A program made the translations under genes and the position numbers. Positions 48,344-58,083 of a stretch of 63,557 bases of DNA are shown in pieces (position 1 is the first letter of the stretch; every line of letters begins with the position of its first letter). The notes under the pieces were generated by a model. It ran no database searches and had not been told where the DNA came from. It saw only the letters and a program-made list of their open reading frames with translations. The stretch is from a virus (lineage: Duplodnaviria; Caudoviricetes). The stretch is from the IMG/VR virus record IMGVR_UViG_3300021791_000002, positions 1 through 63,557 of that record; one strand, 5' to 3'.

Positions 48344-48719
48344 ATTGAATAAAATTAGTATATTTTTTTTCATTTTTCTTGGGATTATTGGTAATTTCGT
48401 GAGATGCTATGAGTGCAGCATACGAAAAAAAGCTTGTCTTGTAGGATCGTACGATGCAAAAATATTGTTTGAGTCGTGATTGTTTATTGAGATATCTTGA
48501 GACGAAAAAAGGATCAAATTCTAAGTATGTTAAAAATCAGTTTAATTTGATAATTAAAAAATCAGGGAAGCATACTAAAAGATGAGATTTTTAAAATATT
48601 TTGATTTCCCGTTATTATTAGGATTAAAAATATTTTTATTTAAACTGTAAACATTAAATATTTTATTATTTTTCTTGGGTTGATAATTTAAAAACTTAGC
48701 AGTATAAATAAAGGATATC

Positions 48720-49265
48720 ATGAAACACAATTTGAAAGATGATTTCAAGTTAGAAATTAATAAAAAAAAGACTAAAAAAGAAAATAAAATAAACGAAAAA
48801 AAATTAACACTTAAACAAAAGAGATTCGCTAACGCCTATGCTGTTGGGCATAACGGAACACAGGCCGCAAAAATAGCTGGTTATGCTGACAAAAGTTCTG
48901 GGCAACAAGCTAACGTATTAATGAAAAACCCGCAAATAAATTCACATATCGAAACGCAAAGAAAACTTGCCGAAGAAAAGCTTGGAATAAGTTTAGAGTA
49001 TTGCGCTAAACAATATATTGAATTGGCGATTCTATCCCGCAAAGAAAAAGACAACGCGACATCAAAATCATGCATCGATTCTTTATCAAAACTCATGAAC
49101 TATTTGCCAAAAGAAAATCGACAAGTTACTGAAAACAAAGTTCAATTTGAACTGTTGCTAAAACAATTAGACAGCACACCAAAAGTTAAGGAATTGAATG
49201 CCATTGTTTCCGATGTTCAAACATGCGAAACAGTAGAGGTTGAAAGTACTTCTGGGAATGATTAA
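48720..49265 (+). CDS. terS: Terminase small subunit
   Basis: LTLKQKRFANAY...NGTQAAKIAGY...LMKNPQI; directly upstream of terL. Confidence 0.85.
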   Translation: MKHNLKDDFKLEINKKKTKKENKINEKKLTLKQKRFANAYAVGHNGTQAAKIAGYADKSSGQQANVLMKNPQINSHIETQRKLAEEKLGISLEYCAKQYIELAILSRKEKDNATSKSCIDSLSKLMNYLPKENRQVTENKVQFELLLKQLDSTPKVKELNAIVSDVQTCETVEVESTSGND

Positions 49266-49300
49266 AATGCAATAAAAACATAGGCTTGCGATGCTGAGAG

Positions 49301-49330
49301 ACCCCCCCACGGGGCAACGAGTCGGGGGTA
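49301..49330. other. Putative packaging (pac/cos) site
   Basis: ACCCCCCC...GGGG...GGGGGT between terS and terL at an abrupt compositional switch. Confidence 0.45.
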
Positions 49331-49382
49331 GTATGATACATAAAGTAGTTAGCCTCATATCCTTTCCATCCATCTTGATTAC

Positions 49383-51164
49383 ATGACTGAGTCTAATTCG
49401 GCGATAGAGTATTTGAGAAGATTACGCGAGAACATGCCTTTATATTTTGAGCATTGTTTACGGATAAAGAATTTCGGTTCTGGCGAATTAGTTCCGTTTG
49501 AGATGAACGAGGTTCAATTAATTTTGCATCACATATGCGAGGAGCAATTAAGGCGTGACGAGCATATACGAGTAGTCATATTAAAGGCTAGGCGGTTTGG
49601 CATCAGCACCTATGCACAGGCTCGATTTTTCCGTCATGCTACTATGAATTTCAACAAGACGGTACAGATCACTACTCACAGCAAGCCAGCGACCGACACT
49701 ATGTTTCAGATGACGAAGATATTTGAGGAGCAATATCCGGATGAGATCAAGCCGAGCAAGCGTTATTCGGGCAAGCGGGAGTTAGTATTTGGCACGGAGG
49801 AGGGTGGATTAAACTCACAGTATTCATTAAGCACTGTAGGCGGCAAGGAGGTTCGCGGGAGTCAGATTGACTATTTACATTGTTCAGAGGTTGCAACGTG
49901 GGGTGAGGGTGGAGAGGATTATTTTTTAGGTTTATTAAATTGTGTAGTTGCTGGTTTTGGCACTGAGGTAATAGTAGAGAGTACTGCACAGGGTGTAGGG
50001 GGTTTATTTCACGACATGTATTTTGATGCTGCTGCTGGCAGGAGCGGATTCACGGCAGTATTTTTTCCGTGGTTTATATTTTCGCATTACAGGAAGTCAT
50101 TTTCGAGTGAGGTTGAGCGTTTAGAGTTTGAGGGGTCATTAGGTCAGGACATCAGGTACGGTGGTGAGGAGGAGCGCAAGTTATTAGGACACAGTATTTC
50201 TTATGATGCGGGTGGCGATTCTCGATTAGAGTTTGAGGTAGGTTTAGAGAATTTACTGTGGCGCAGGAAGTACATAGACACGCAGTGTCAGGGTGATTTG
50301 ATCAAGTTTCATCAGGAGTTTCCGAGTTATCCACGCGAGGCATTCATCAGCACGGGTCGCGGTGTATTTTCTCCGGAGGCATTAAACGAGTTAGTATTAG
50401 ATTCTGAGTCTAGGATTGCAAAGGCACCTCCTGTTCGGTATGAGGTACCTGTGAACAAGCGTAAGGGGGTAGAGGACAGGTACGCATATTTACTTGAGCC
50501 TAGTGACAAGGGGTCATTAACGGTGTGGCGGCCTCCCAGTAAGGGCAAGGAGTACAGGATAGGGGTGGATGTCAGCGAGGGTTTAGAGGTAGGCAGGGAC
50601 ACGGATTACAGTGTTGCGATAGTATTAGATGCGGAGACATACACTGAGCAAGCATTACTTCGCATCAGGATAGACCCTGATTTACTAGCGTGGCAATTAA
50701 AGACGATAGGCAAGTGGTACAACGATGCGATGATGTTGGTAGAGAGGAACAACCACGGATTAGTGACATTGAAGTATTTGCAGGACATCCACAATTACCC
50801 TGCGATATACACTGAGCGTATTTTGGATGAGCGCAGCAGCAGGACGCAGAGGAAGTTAGGTTTTCACACGACAGTAAAGAGCAAGCCTTTGATATTAGAT
50901 TTTTTGAGGGAATTAATTCGGGAGCGTGAGATCAATATATACACTCCTGCATTAATTGACGAGTTACAGACATTTGTAATGCAACCGAACGGGAGGATGT
51001 CTGCACAATACGGGAGTCATGACGATTGCGTCATGTCATTAGCGATTGCGTGTTTTGGTTGCAGGATGTTTCCTTTTGTGCGGGTACCGGAGGCGAAGTA
51101 CACATTCCGGAATCCTGCATTCAATTTATTTCAGCCACCAGCGGAGCGGCGCATCGGTCATTAG
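49383..51164 (+). CDS. terL: Terminase large subunit
   Basis: LKARRFGIST, HCSEVA, VESTAQG, IGVDVSEG, VERNNHG, HDDCVMSLAI. Confidence 0.95.
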   Translation: MTESNSAIEYLRRLRENMPLYFEHCLRIKNFGSGELVPFEMNEVQLILHHICEEQLRRDEHIRVVILKARRFGISTYAQARFFRHATMNFNKTVQITTHSKPATDTMFQMTKIFEEQYPDEIKPSKRYSGKRELVFGTEEGGLNSQYSLSTVGGKEVRGSQIDYLHCSEVATWGEGGEDYFLGLLNCVVAGFGTEVIVESTAQGVGGLFHDMYFDAAAGRSGFTAVFFPWFIFSHYRKSFSSEVERLEFEGSLGQDIRYGGEEERKLLGHSISYDAGGDSRLEFEVGLENLLWRRKYIDTQCQGDLIKFHQEFPSYPREAFISTGRGVFSPEALNELVLDSESRIAKAPPVRYEVPVNKRKGVEDRYAYLLEPSDKGSLTVWRPPSKGKEYRIGVDVSEGLEVGRDTDYSVAIVLDAETYTEQALLRIRIDPDLLAWQLKTIGKWYNDAMMLVERNNHGLVTLKYLQDIHNYPAIYTERILDERSSRTQRKLGFHTTVKSKPLILDFLRELIREREINIYTPALIDELQTFVMQPNGRMSAQYGSHDDCVMSLAIACFGCRMFPFVRVPEAKYTFRNPAFNLFQPPAERRIGH

Positions 51165-51409
51165 TTTGAGTTCCGTTTTTTTTGCAGGTACGCCCAAGTG
51201 AAGTAGGTTTTTGCTGGCATTCCGCTTGGCACTTTTGATGCAGAGTTCCCTGCCCAGTATCCTTTAGTTGCAATTTGGTTCATATCGGCAAAGAACTTTT
51301 CAAGTATGATGAATCTCACATAATCAGCGTAGGGTCTTTTCGGGTAATCTTTAGCATCAGCACCTCTTGGTCGTATTTTTTCAAGAATCTTTGCCAATTT
51401 TTTTTTCAT
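51161..51409 (-). CDS. Hypothetical protein
   Basis: Converges on terL; ATG at 51409. Confidence 0.45.
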   Translation of the reverse strand: MKKKLAKILEKIRPRGADAKDYPKRPYADYVRFIILEKFFADMNQIATKGYWAGNSASKVPSGMPAKTYFTWAYLQKKRNSN

Positions 51410-51686
51410 TTTCCGGCTCGTTTGGTTGATTGAACAGGGTATTCCCTGATTTTTTAAGTTCAATTTTGATTTCTTTCACAGTCATCGGCGGTTTTTGTAG
51501 TGGGGCATATTCGACCCAGTAGCACACTGCACACAGGCTTGCCACGGGTGAGATTTCTGAGGGTATCAATTTTCTTGTACAATTTTCTCCTCTACATCTT
51601 CCACAGGGTCTTTTAAGGTTTGGCAGGAGTCCCGGGTTCAGGAACTGTTTTTTATTATTCTCACAGAAGATTTTTTCTTGTGGCAT
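51381..51686 (-). CDS. Zinc-finger hypothetical protein
   Basis: CGRC...CAVC; start uncertain. Confidence 0.45.
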   Translation of the reverse strand: MPQEKIFCENNKKQFLNPGLLPNLKRPCGRCRGENCTRKLIPSEISPVASLCAVCYWVEYAPLQKPPMTVKEIKIELKKSGNTLFNQPNEPENEKKIGKDS

Positions 51687-51723
51687 GATGTATTGTTCCG
51701 CGCGTGCATTACGGCCTATTTGT

Positions 51724-51891
51724 TCACATATGGAATAAACTCCAGCATTCGTGGCAGAGGGTTCTTTTTTCTTTAAGTTCTTTGGGGTTGAGAGTGAATC
51801 CACAGTCTTCACATTCTGGGAGGTGGAAAGAGATTTCTGCATTAGAGTAGCTTTTTTGTTGATGTTGTTGTTTCTGTGATTTTTGGATCAT
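51724..51891 (-). CDS. Small zinc-finger protein
   Basis: CEDC...CHEC. Confidence 0.45.
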   Translation of the reverse strand: MIQKSQKQQHQQKSYSNAEISFHLPECEDCGFTLNPKELKEKRTLCHECWSLFHM

Positions 51892-51932
51892 GACGAATCT
51901 GACGGGTATTTTGTTGTCTGATATTTTGTGGA

Positions 51933-51994
51933 CTGACCCTGAAGGGGGCATCACTCCCCACTCCTTGGTGCGGCACCGGGAGTCACAGGGTCAG
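51933..51994 (-). ncRNA. Candidate three-way-junction leader RNA
   Basis: CTGACCCTG/CAGGGTCAG closing stem with two internal hairpins, just downstream of a promoter. Confidence 0.4.
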
Positions 51995-52009
51995 GCTTCA
52001 TAGTTACAG

Positions 52010-52038
52010 AGGATACAGTTTCCGTGGAATCGAGTCAA
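52010..52038 (-). promoter_or_regulatory. Sigma70-like promoter for the minus-strand island
   Basis: TTGACT-N17-TATCCT. Confidence 0.55.
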
Positions 52039-52162
52039 GTTAAAGTTTTCCACGTCCTTAGCGACATTTGCTTTATGCCGGACAAATGTGCATATGGGAT
52101 TGACGTACGATACATTTTAGTGTCACAGTGGTTGTCATGTTTTCTTTTACACGGGGATTGAT

Positions 52163-52294
52163 ATGCCAAAAGTAGGTGAGAAGCACTACCCTTATACTGA
52201 GGAGGGTTACAGGAAAGCGGCAAATGCGCGAAAGAAGAAGATACGCGAGAAGCTTGACAAGAAGCTTATGAAGCGAAGGAAGAAAAATGCCTGA
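52163..52294 (+). CDS. 43-aa basic microprotein, not in the ORF track
   Basis: MPKVGEKHYPYTEEGYRKAANARKKKIREKLDKKLMKRRKKNA; GGGG RBS; overlaps the portal start. Confidence 0.65.
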   Translation: MPKVGEKHYPYTEEGYRKAANARKKKIREKLDKKLMKRRKKNA

Positions 52295-54542
52295 AGACGG
52301 TGGGGTTCGTGTCCACACGATGTCCGTGGACGAGTTATCTTCTGTAGTGAGAGAGAAGTTTGAGGCATCTAGAGACTACAGGCAGGGTCAGGAGGATTTG
52401 TGGAAATCTGCGTACGATGCATATAGTGCGAAGTATCCTACTTCGTTGAAACATGCAAATGAACTTGCTGAGGAGCGTGGTATTTTCATAAATTTAACAC
52501 GAAGGAAGGTTCAGAATGCAGCAATCCGCATTACTTCGATGTTATTGAATGACGGCAAGATTCCTTTCACAGTAAAGCCCTCCCGGAAACCACGATACAT
52601 CCCTCCTGATCTTCAGGGTTTAGATGATACGACTTCTCAATTGCATGTCCGGGCGGATGCGATGGAGCGCAGAATCCGCGACATTTTGGAGCAAACTGGT
52701 TATTCCGAGACATTGCATGACATTGTGCATGAGATGTGTTTATACGGGACGGGCATTTGCAAGTCGGTACAATTAGAGCAGGTTAATTATCCTGTTTATA
52801 CGAGTGCAAATCGGGACACCTCGTCATTCAATGTTTTAGAGGAGGTTGAGTCGGAGATAGAATCAGAGGTAGTTCCCACGATTTCATATGTCAGTTGTTG
52901 GAATGTATTTCCAAGTCCAGAGTGTACTTCATTCAGGAACGCAGAGTATGTGATCCAGAGGAGTTTTTTGAGTTCAATTGAAGTCAGGAAGCTTGCAGAG
53001 TCTGGGCGTGGTTTTTTTGCTGACCAGATACATGAGGCATTATCCGAGGACAAGGGACGGGTTGAGGGGACAGATTCAAGTGAGCATCCTGATCGTGTAG
53101 AGAGTTCTGGTGCTTCCGAGCGTCAGAAGGGGTTTGAACTGTTGGAGTTTTGGGGAAAGTTGGACGCAAAGGACATCGGTTCATATTTAGGAGTAGACGA
53201 AGAGGACATGACAGGATATTTGGATGTTGTAATAACTTGTTTGGGGGATCGTATTATTCGTGTTTCAGAGAATCCTTTTGACGGGCAGATTCCTTACTAC
53301 AGTTGCACATGGCAACGATCTCCTGAGAGAATTTGGGGGGACGGGATTTGGTATAGTGTCAGGGACATCCAGAGTGTGATGAATTTCAGTTATGCAATGT
53401 TGATTGAGGGCAAGCATTTGAGTTCAGTACCGATGACGGTAATTGACCCCAACGCATTTGAGGCAGGAGAGGACACGGAGAGGATACAGGCAGGTAAGCA
53501 ATACAGGACCAAACCGGGTGTGAATGTCAACGATGCTTTCCGTCCTGTTGTAATTCCTGATGTCACAAACGGTTTAGTCCCTTTAATACAGATGTTGCAG
53601 AGGGAGTCTGATCTAGACACTGGTCTTGCTCCGATAGGTATGGGGCAGGACAGTCCGTATCAGACAAGGACTGCAACGGGGATGAGTTTATTGAACACAA
53701 ACGCAAACCGTCAGACGGCAAGTGTTGTTCGCAGTGTTAGCAACATGATTTCCGATTCAATAACAGCAGTGTATCGGTGGTTGATGGTTGACAGCACTGA
53801 TCCTGACATCAAGGGGGATTTTGAGGCAACGTGTCAGGGTTATGAGCGTTATGTTGCAGATGAGATACACAACACGCAACTATTGAGTTTCCTTCAGGTT
53901 GCTGGTCAGAGTCCTCAACTCCAGAACTATTTCAACTTTTCAGAACTCGCAAAACCGCTTGCTAGGGCTTTTAACATGGAGCCTGAAGTTATTGTCAAGA
54001 GTGATGAAGCTGTTGCACAGGAGCAACAGAATCAGGTTCAGACTACAATGATGATGGAGAAGACTAAAACAGAGATGGAAGCACAGGTTCAGATCGCAGT
54101 GGAGCAAGCAGAGGGTGCAGTTGAAGTAGAGGTTGATCGCGCCAAGAAGTTGACGGCTGAGAAGCAAAAAGTCAGTGAGGATATGCGTGAAGCAGAGATG
54201 AAGGAGAGGCTGGAGTTGTTGAAGCAGGGCAATGTTTTGAAGCAGAGTCGTTTGGATAGAATGAGTATTTTAATTGCCGAGGAGCGAGAGGCGCAAGAAC
54301 GTGAGATGTTGATGCAGGAGTTAGAACAGCAACAGGCTATCGAGGAGTCCGCGGGGCAACCTCCTGCTGTTAACGGAGGATCGGGCGAAGTGCCTTTGGA
54401 AAGTAGTCCGGCGAACGACTTGATGAACATGCATGAATCTGCAAGATTAGGAAATATTATTGACGGACGTATGGATAATGAACAGCAACTTCGTGAGGGC
54501 GGTGTTCCTGCTAGCGAGATGTTAAGACAGAATCGGCCTTAA
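52287..54542 (+). CDS. Portal protein
   Basis: After terL; MCLYGTGICK, VSCWNVFPSP, LLEFWG, ENPF, WGDGI, RTATGMSLL; coiled-coil barrel tail as in P22-like portals. Confidence 0.9.
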   Translation: MPEDGGVRVHTMSVDELSSVVREKFEASRDYRQGQEDLWKSAYDAYSAKYPTSLKHANELAEERGIFINLTRRKVQNAAIRITSMLLNDGKIPFTVKPSRKPRYIPPDLQGLDDTTSQLHVRADAMERRIRDILEQTGYSETLHDIVHEMCLYGTGICKSVQLEQVNYPVYTSANRDTSSFNVLEEVESEIESEVVPTISYVSCWNVFPSPECTSFRNAEYVIQRSFLSSIEVRKLAESGRGFFADQIHEALSEDKGRVEGTDSSEHPDRVESSGASERQKGFELLEFWGKLDAKDIGSYLGVDEEDMTGYLDVVITCLGDRIIRVSENPFDGQIPYYSCTWQRSPERIWGDGIWYSVRDIQSVMNFSYAMLIEGKHLSSVPMTVIDPNAFEAGEDTERIQAGKQYRTKPGVNVNDAFRPVVIPDVTNGLVPLIQMLQRESDLDTGLAPIGMGQDSPYQTRTATGMSLLNTNANRQTASVVRSVSNMISDSITAVYRWLMVDSTDPDIKGDFEATCQGYERYVADEIHNTQLLSFLQVAGQSPQLQNYFNFSELAKPLARAFNMEPEVIVKSDEAVAQEQQNQVQTTMMMEKTKTEMEAQVQIAVEQAEGAVEVEVDRAKKLTAEKQKVSEDMREAEMKERLELLKQGNVLKQSRLDRMSILIAEEREAQEREMLMQELEQQQAIEESAGQPPAVNGGSGEVPLESSPANDLMNMHESARLGNIIDGRMDNEQQLREGGVPASEMLRQNRP

Positions 54543-54781
54543 TGCAATACAGTGATGAGGATGTTGCGATTGGTCATTTAACTGATCATCAGGGTTGGAA
54601 GCGATTAAGGTTACATTTGGAGGCGAATGCAAAAGATATAATAGAGGAAATTGAGAGGAGAGGTTTCGTTGGAGATGCGAATGATATCGCAAAGTTGAAT
54701 TACAAGTTAGGTCAACTAAAGGGATTGCGTGATATTATTGGCATCCCTGACGAAGTCAGGAAGTTATCGTCCACCCCGTGA
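54542..54781 (+). CDS. Small conserved post-portal protein
   Basis: GWKRL...LGQLKGLRDIIGIP between portal and scaffold. Confidence 0.6.
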   Translation: MQYSDEDVAIGHLTDHQGWKRLRLHLEANAKDIIEEIERRGFVGDANDIAKLNYKLGQLKGLRDIIGIPDEVRKLSSTP

Positions 54782-54843
54782 GGAAGGCGATAGATTGTTA
54801 ACGGTCCTATGCTTTTGTATGGGGACACCGAGAAGGAGGTTTT

Positions 54844-55830
54844 TTGGCTGAAGCGACAGATGCAGATGCATCGACTCCGCAAGAGTCTGATTTAAGTGAG
54901 GAAGAGATTTGGGATTCCGTACCTGCTGCCGGGGAGGAGGATTCTGGCGAAGTAGATGTGCCAACTCCAACATCTGAAACAATACCTGACGCAACTGACG
55001 AGGAAGAACCTGATGAATCTTATGAGTATGATAAGGAACAAGAGGATTCAGGCGAACCTGAAGTCGCAGAGCAACCAGAGCATGATTGGGAGAAAAGGTA
55101 CAAAGACATAGAGAAGGATTACCACAAGAGGAACGAGGATACTGCCGAATTCCGAAGGGAGTCTGAATCTAAGATCAATGAACTTGAGAAGCAACTTCAA
55201 GCGTTACAGATTGAGCGTTTGGAGAACCGGGAGCAACTTTCGAGGATTAACAAGTCAGAGAAGGAGAACCCGGAGGAGGTCGCAGAGGAAACTTTGGACT
55301 CATTGCTTTCAGATGAGGACAAGAGGACAATGTCTGATTTTTCTGAAGTAATGAGTGTGGTCAACAAGATTGTCGATCACAAGATGAAGGGTTCTAAATC
55401 TGCTCCTGCTTCTGCTCCGTCAGAGGATATCGATGAGATAAAGAAGTCATTGCAGGAGATGCAATATCATCGTTTTCTCGAGTATTATGACAAGGAGATG
55501 CGGTCAAATATCGGTGATGACTATTTAGAAATTGCCGAGCATGAAAAGTTCAACGAGTTTTGGCAGAACGAGCCGGGTTTAAAAGACGCAGTCGAGTCAT
55601 CTCAAGACCCGAAGCGTCATGCATGGGTTGCCAAAATGTGGTTGAATACAGATGAGGGAAGAGCTTATCGAGCCGCAAAGGAAGAACCGCCCAAGCAGAG
55701 TTCTGGGAAGCGCAAGCAAAAGCGTGAGGTAGCGCAAGGTTTAGCTAAAAACACACAGCCTCCAAAGGAAGCTTCTACTTCCAACATGAATGAGGATGAG
55801 TTGTGGGATCATATAATGAAAGAGGGGTGA
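54844..55830 (+). CDS. Capsid scaffolding protein
   Basis: Acidic N-terminus, WEKRYKD coiled coil, precedes the MCP; TTG start with AGGAGG RBS. Confidence 0.75.
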   Translation: MAEATDADASTPQESDLSEEEIWDSVPAAGEEDSGEVDVPTPTSETIPDATDEEEPDESYEYDKEQEDSGEPEVAEQPEHDWEKRYKDIEKDYHKRNEDTAEFRRESESKINELEKQLQALQIERLENREQLSRINKSEKENPEEVAEETLDSLLSDEDKRTMSDFSEVMSVVNKIVDHKMKGSKSAPASAPSEDIDEIKKSLQEMQYHRFLEYYDKEMRSNIGDDYLEIAEHEKFNEFWQNEPGLKDAVESSQDPKRHAWVAKMWLNTDEGRAYRAAKEEPPKQSSGKRKQKREVAQGLAKNTQPPKEASTSNMNEDELWDHIMKEG

Positions 55831-55884
55831 CTTTCTTTCTCTTACAACTTATAAATTTATTAAGCCAAACTCACAGGAGATAAA

Positions 55885-56958
55885 ATGGCAACTTATGGAG
55901 GAACCGGAACATTAACCGGGAGTTCGTATGGTGACCTAAGTGCGGCAGATGCTTTTCGTCTTCAGAAGCGTATGCTTCCGATTGCGATGAAGCTTTTGAC
56001 GTTCTCAAGGTTTGCCCAGCGAGATGTAAAACCCCTGAAGGAAGGTCTTGATCTTCGATTCCGAAGGTACGAAAAGATTTCCATATCAGGAAAAGACACG
56101 CCTATCGCAGAGGGTGTCACGCCAAACTGGGACCAAGTCAGTCAGTACACGACTAAGGTCACGTTGCAACGATACGGAACTTTCGTCAACATCACTGATT
56201 TGATGATGGCAGTTTCCACTGATCCGTTGCTTCAACAAATCAGTGACCGTCTTTCCACGATGGCAGGAGAGTTGAAGGATTATCTTGATTTCAAGGTTTT
56301 CCGTGCTGCAACGAATGTCGCATTTTCAGTGGGAGCAAATCGCGCCGCAGTCGCAGGAACAATTGGGAATGTGAAGGGCTTGACTCACGCAGACCCCGGT
56401 ACTGTTTCTGCAATTTTGCTTCAAAACGCAGTCCGCTTTCTTGAAGGTCAGGATGCAAAGAAGATCACGGGATACCTCAAGGCATCTCCGGGGATTGACA
56501 CTGCTCCTTTGCGACCTGCATTTATGGCAGTCGCGCACACCGACCTTCGTCAGGATATTGAGCAACTTCCGGGCTTCATTAAGTCTGAAAGCTACTCTGA
56601 TCCGTCTGATCGGATGGAAGGAGAAATCGGGCAATGTTTGGGCGTACGATTCATTCTTACGACACAAGCAGTTGCGTGGGCAGATTCAGGTGCATCAATT
56701 AGTACTGACCTTTTGAAGTCTACTACTGGTGTTAAAAATGATGTGTATCCGGTCATCATCATGGCACAGGATTTTGGAGGAACGGCAACCCTTGCTGGCA
56801 AGGATTCGATCCGTCCGAAGGTAGTTCTTCCACGACCCGGACCCGGCGACCCTATGGGTCAACGTGGCACGGTTGCCGTGGACTTTTTTCATGCTGCGAC
56901 AGTACTGAACTCAAATTGGCATTATGTCATTGAGTGCGGTGCTAGTTCGTTGGCTTAA
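55885..56958 (+). CDS. Major capsid protein, N4-gp56-like
   Basis: FRRYE, EGVTP, LQRYG, HTDL..D, GEIG...GVRF, DVYP, DPMGQRG. Confidence 0.9.
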   Translation: MATYGGTGTLTGSSYGDLSAADAFRLQKRMLPIAMKLLTFSRFAQRDVKPLKEGLDLRFRRYEKISISGKDTPIAEGVTPNWDQVSQYTTKVTLQRYGTFVNITDLMMAVSTDPLLQQISDRLSTMAGELKDYLDFKVFRAATNVAFSVGANRAAVAGTIGNVKGLTHADPGTVSAILLQNAVRFLEGQDAKKITGYLKASPGIDTAPLRPAFMAVAHTDLRQDIEQLPGFIKSESYSDPSDRMEGEIGQCLGVRFILTTQAVAWADSGASISTDLLKSTTGVKNDVYPVIIMAQDFGGTATLAGKDSIRPKVVLPRPGPGDPMGQRGTVAVDFFHAATVLNSNWHYVIECGASSLA

Positions 56959-56987
56959 TTCCACCCTAACTTAGGAGATTATTTAAG

Positions 56988-57455
56988 ATGGAATCTGCAA
57001 AGATTAGGGCAAGTTCTGTAAGTCAAGAAACCCGACACGTTAAGATAGTCCCCACCACCACTGATTTAAGTGCTGGGGATTTGATTCTCGATTCGGGTGG
57101 AGATGGAACGTATGATATTGTTCTCCCGGCAGGAGCATTTGTCACTGGAGTAAGCACTCGGCATTCTGCTGTCTTCAACACTGGTGACGGTAGTACTGTG
57201 TTGGTCAATGTTGGCACTTCAGCAGATGCAGATGCATTCCTAACGGGTGCGGCAGGTGCTGCTGGTGATTTGGAACATGCCGGGAATATCGCAGACACTG
57301 CTGTTTGGGGAGTAACTGCTTCTGATAACATTGTGCGTATCACAGTGACGACATCGGCAGCAGTTTCCACAGTTGGAGTCGGATACGTTTGGGTTAGTTA
57401 CAGGTTTGCTCCTGACAAGTCTTGGAGTCAAGACACGATCACTAATCCTGCCTGA
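56988..57455 (+). CDS. Capsid cement/decoration protein
   Basis: Directly after the MCP; LPAGAFV...F...VGTSADADAF beta-rich pattern. Confidence 0.6.
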   Translation: MESAKIRASSVSQETRHVKIVPTTTDLSAGDLILDSGGDGTYDIVLPAGAFVTGVSTRHSAVFNTGDGSTVLVNVGTSADADAFLTGAAGAAGDLEHAGNIADTAVWGVTASDNIVRITVTTSAAVSTVGVGYVWVSYRFAPDKSWSQDTITNPA

Positions 57456-57475
57456 CTAGCGTCAGGTAACGAATA

Positions 57476-57568
57476 GTTTTACGCCAGACAATCAGGATTG
57501 AAATTGTGTTCCGATGATTCCGAGGTATCTGGGGACAACAGGGAGTTCTGTTTTGTTTGGCGTAAAGC
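57476..57568 (+). ncRNA. Candidate multibranch intergenic RNA structure
   Basis: 16-bp closing stem GTTTTACGCCAGACAA/TTGTTTGGCGTAAAGC (two G-U pairs) enclosing up to three hairpins. Confidence 0.4.
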
Positions 57569-57592
57569 TTAAACTTCAACGAGATTAAAATT

Positions 57593-58081
57593 ATGGCAGA
57601 AGCAGGAGGTCTTGTAAAAAGACGCAGATCAAAATCACAATTTAAGGAACCCGATTTATCCAACAGCTATCTTGACAGTGGGACAGGCAGGGTAATACAG
57701 ATTTCCGGTCAGGAGCAGATTGCAATGCAGTATGATAAGCATCAACATGCTCATTTGCCCGAAGGATTTTGTGTTATAAATGTTGATATTGGTAATGAGC
57801 CTCATCAACAGGCACCGATTTCTGTAACTCATTTTGATTGGACAATCAAGATACCCCGTGGGGTTGATTGTATTGTTCCACTACATCATGTGCAGATACT
57901 AGAAAATGCGGTGATCACAACGTATCAACAGCCTGTTTATGGTGAGGCATTAGTGGCAATCCCCACCAAGTTGCATCCTTTCACAGTAAAAAAGTGGCCC
58001 AAAGCTGATGCCGCTGGAGTTCCTATTGAAGTGATTCAGTCTGCAAAAACAAAACATGAGAGTATTGATGTGGACGATTAG
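57593..58081 (+). CDS. Hypothetical head-module protein
   Basis: IPRGVDCIVP..HVQILENA motif seen after N4-like capsid genes. Confidence 0.55.
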   Translation: MAEAGGLVKRRRSKSQFKEPDLSNSYLDSGTGRVIQISGQEQIAMQYDKHQHAHLPEGFCVINVDIGNEPHQQAPISVTHFDWTIKIPRGVDCIVPLHHVQILENAVITTYQQPVYGEALVAIPTKLHPFTVKKWPKADAAGVPIEVIQSAKTKHESIDVDD

Positions 58082-58083
58082 TT

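Noticed and set aside
57476-57568. tRNA gene
   Set aside because: No GTTCRA T-loop, no canonical 7-bp acceptor stem and no CCA; no tRNA recognised anywhere in the window
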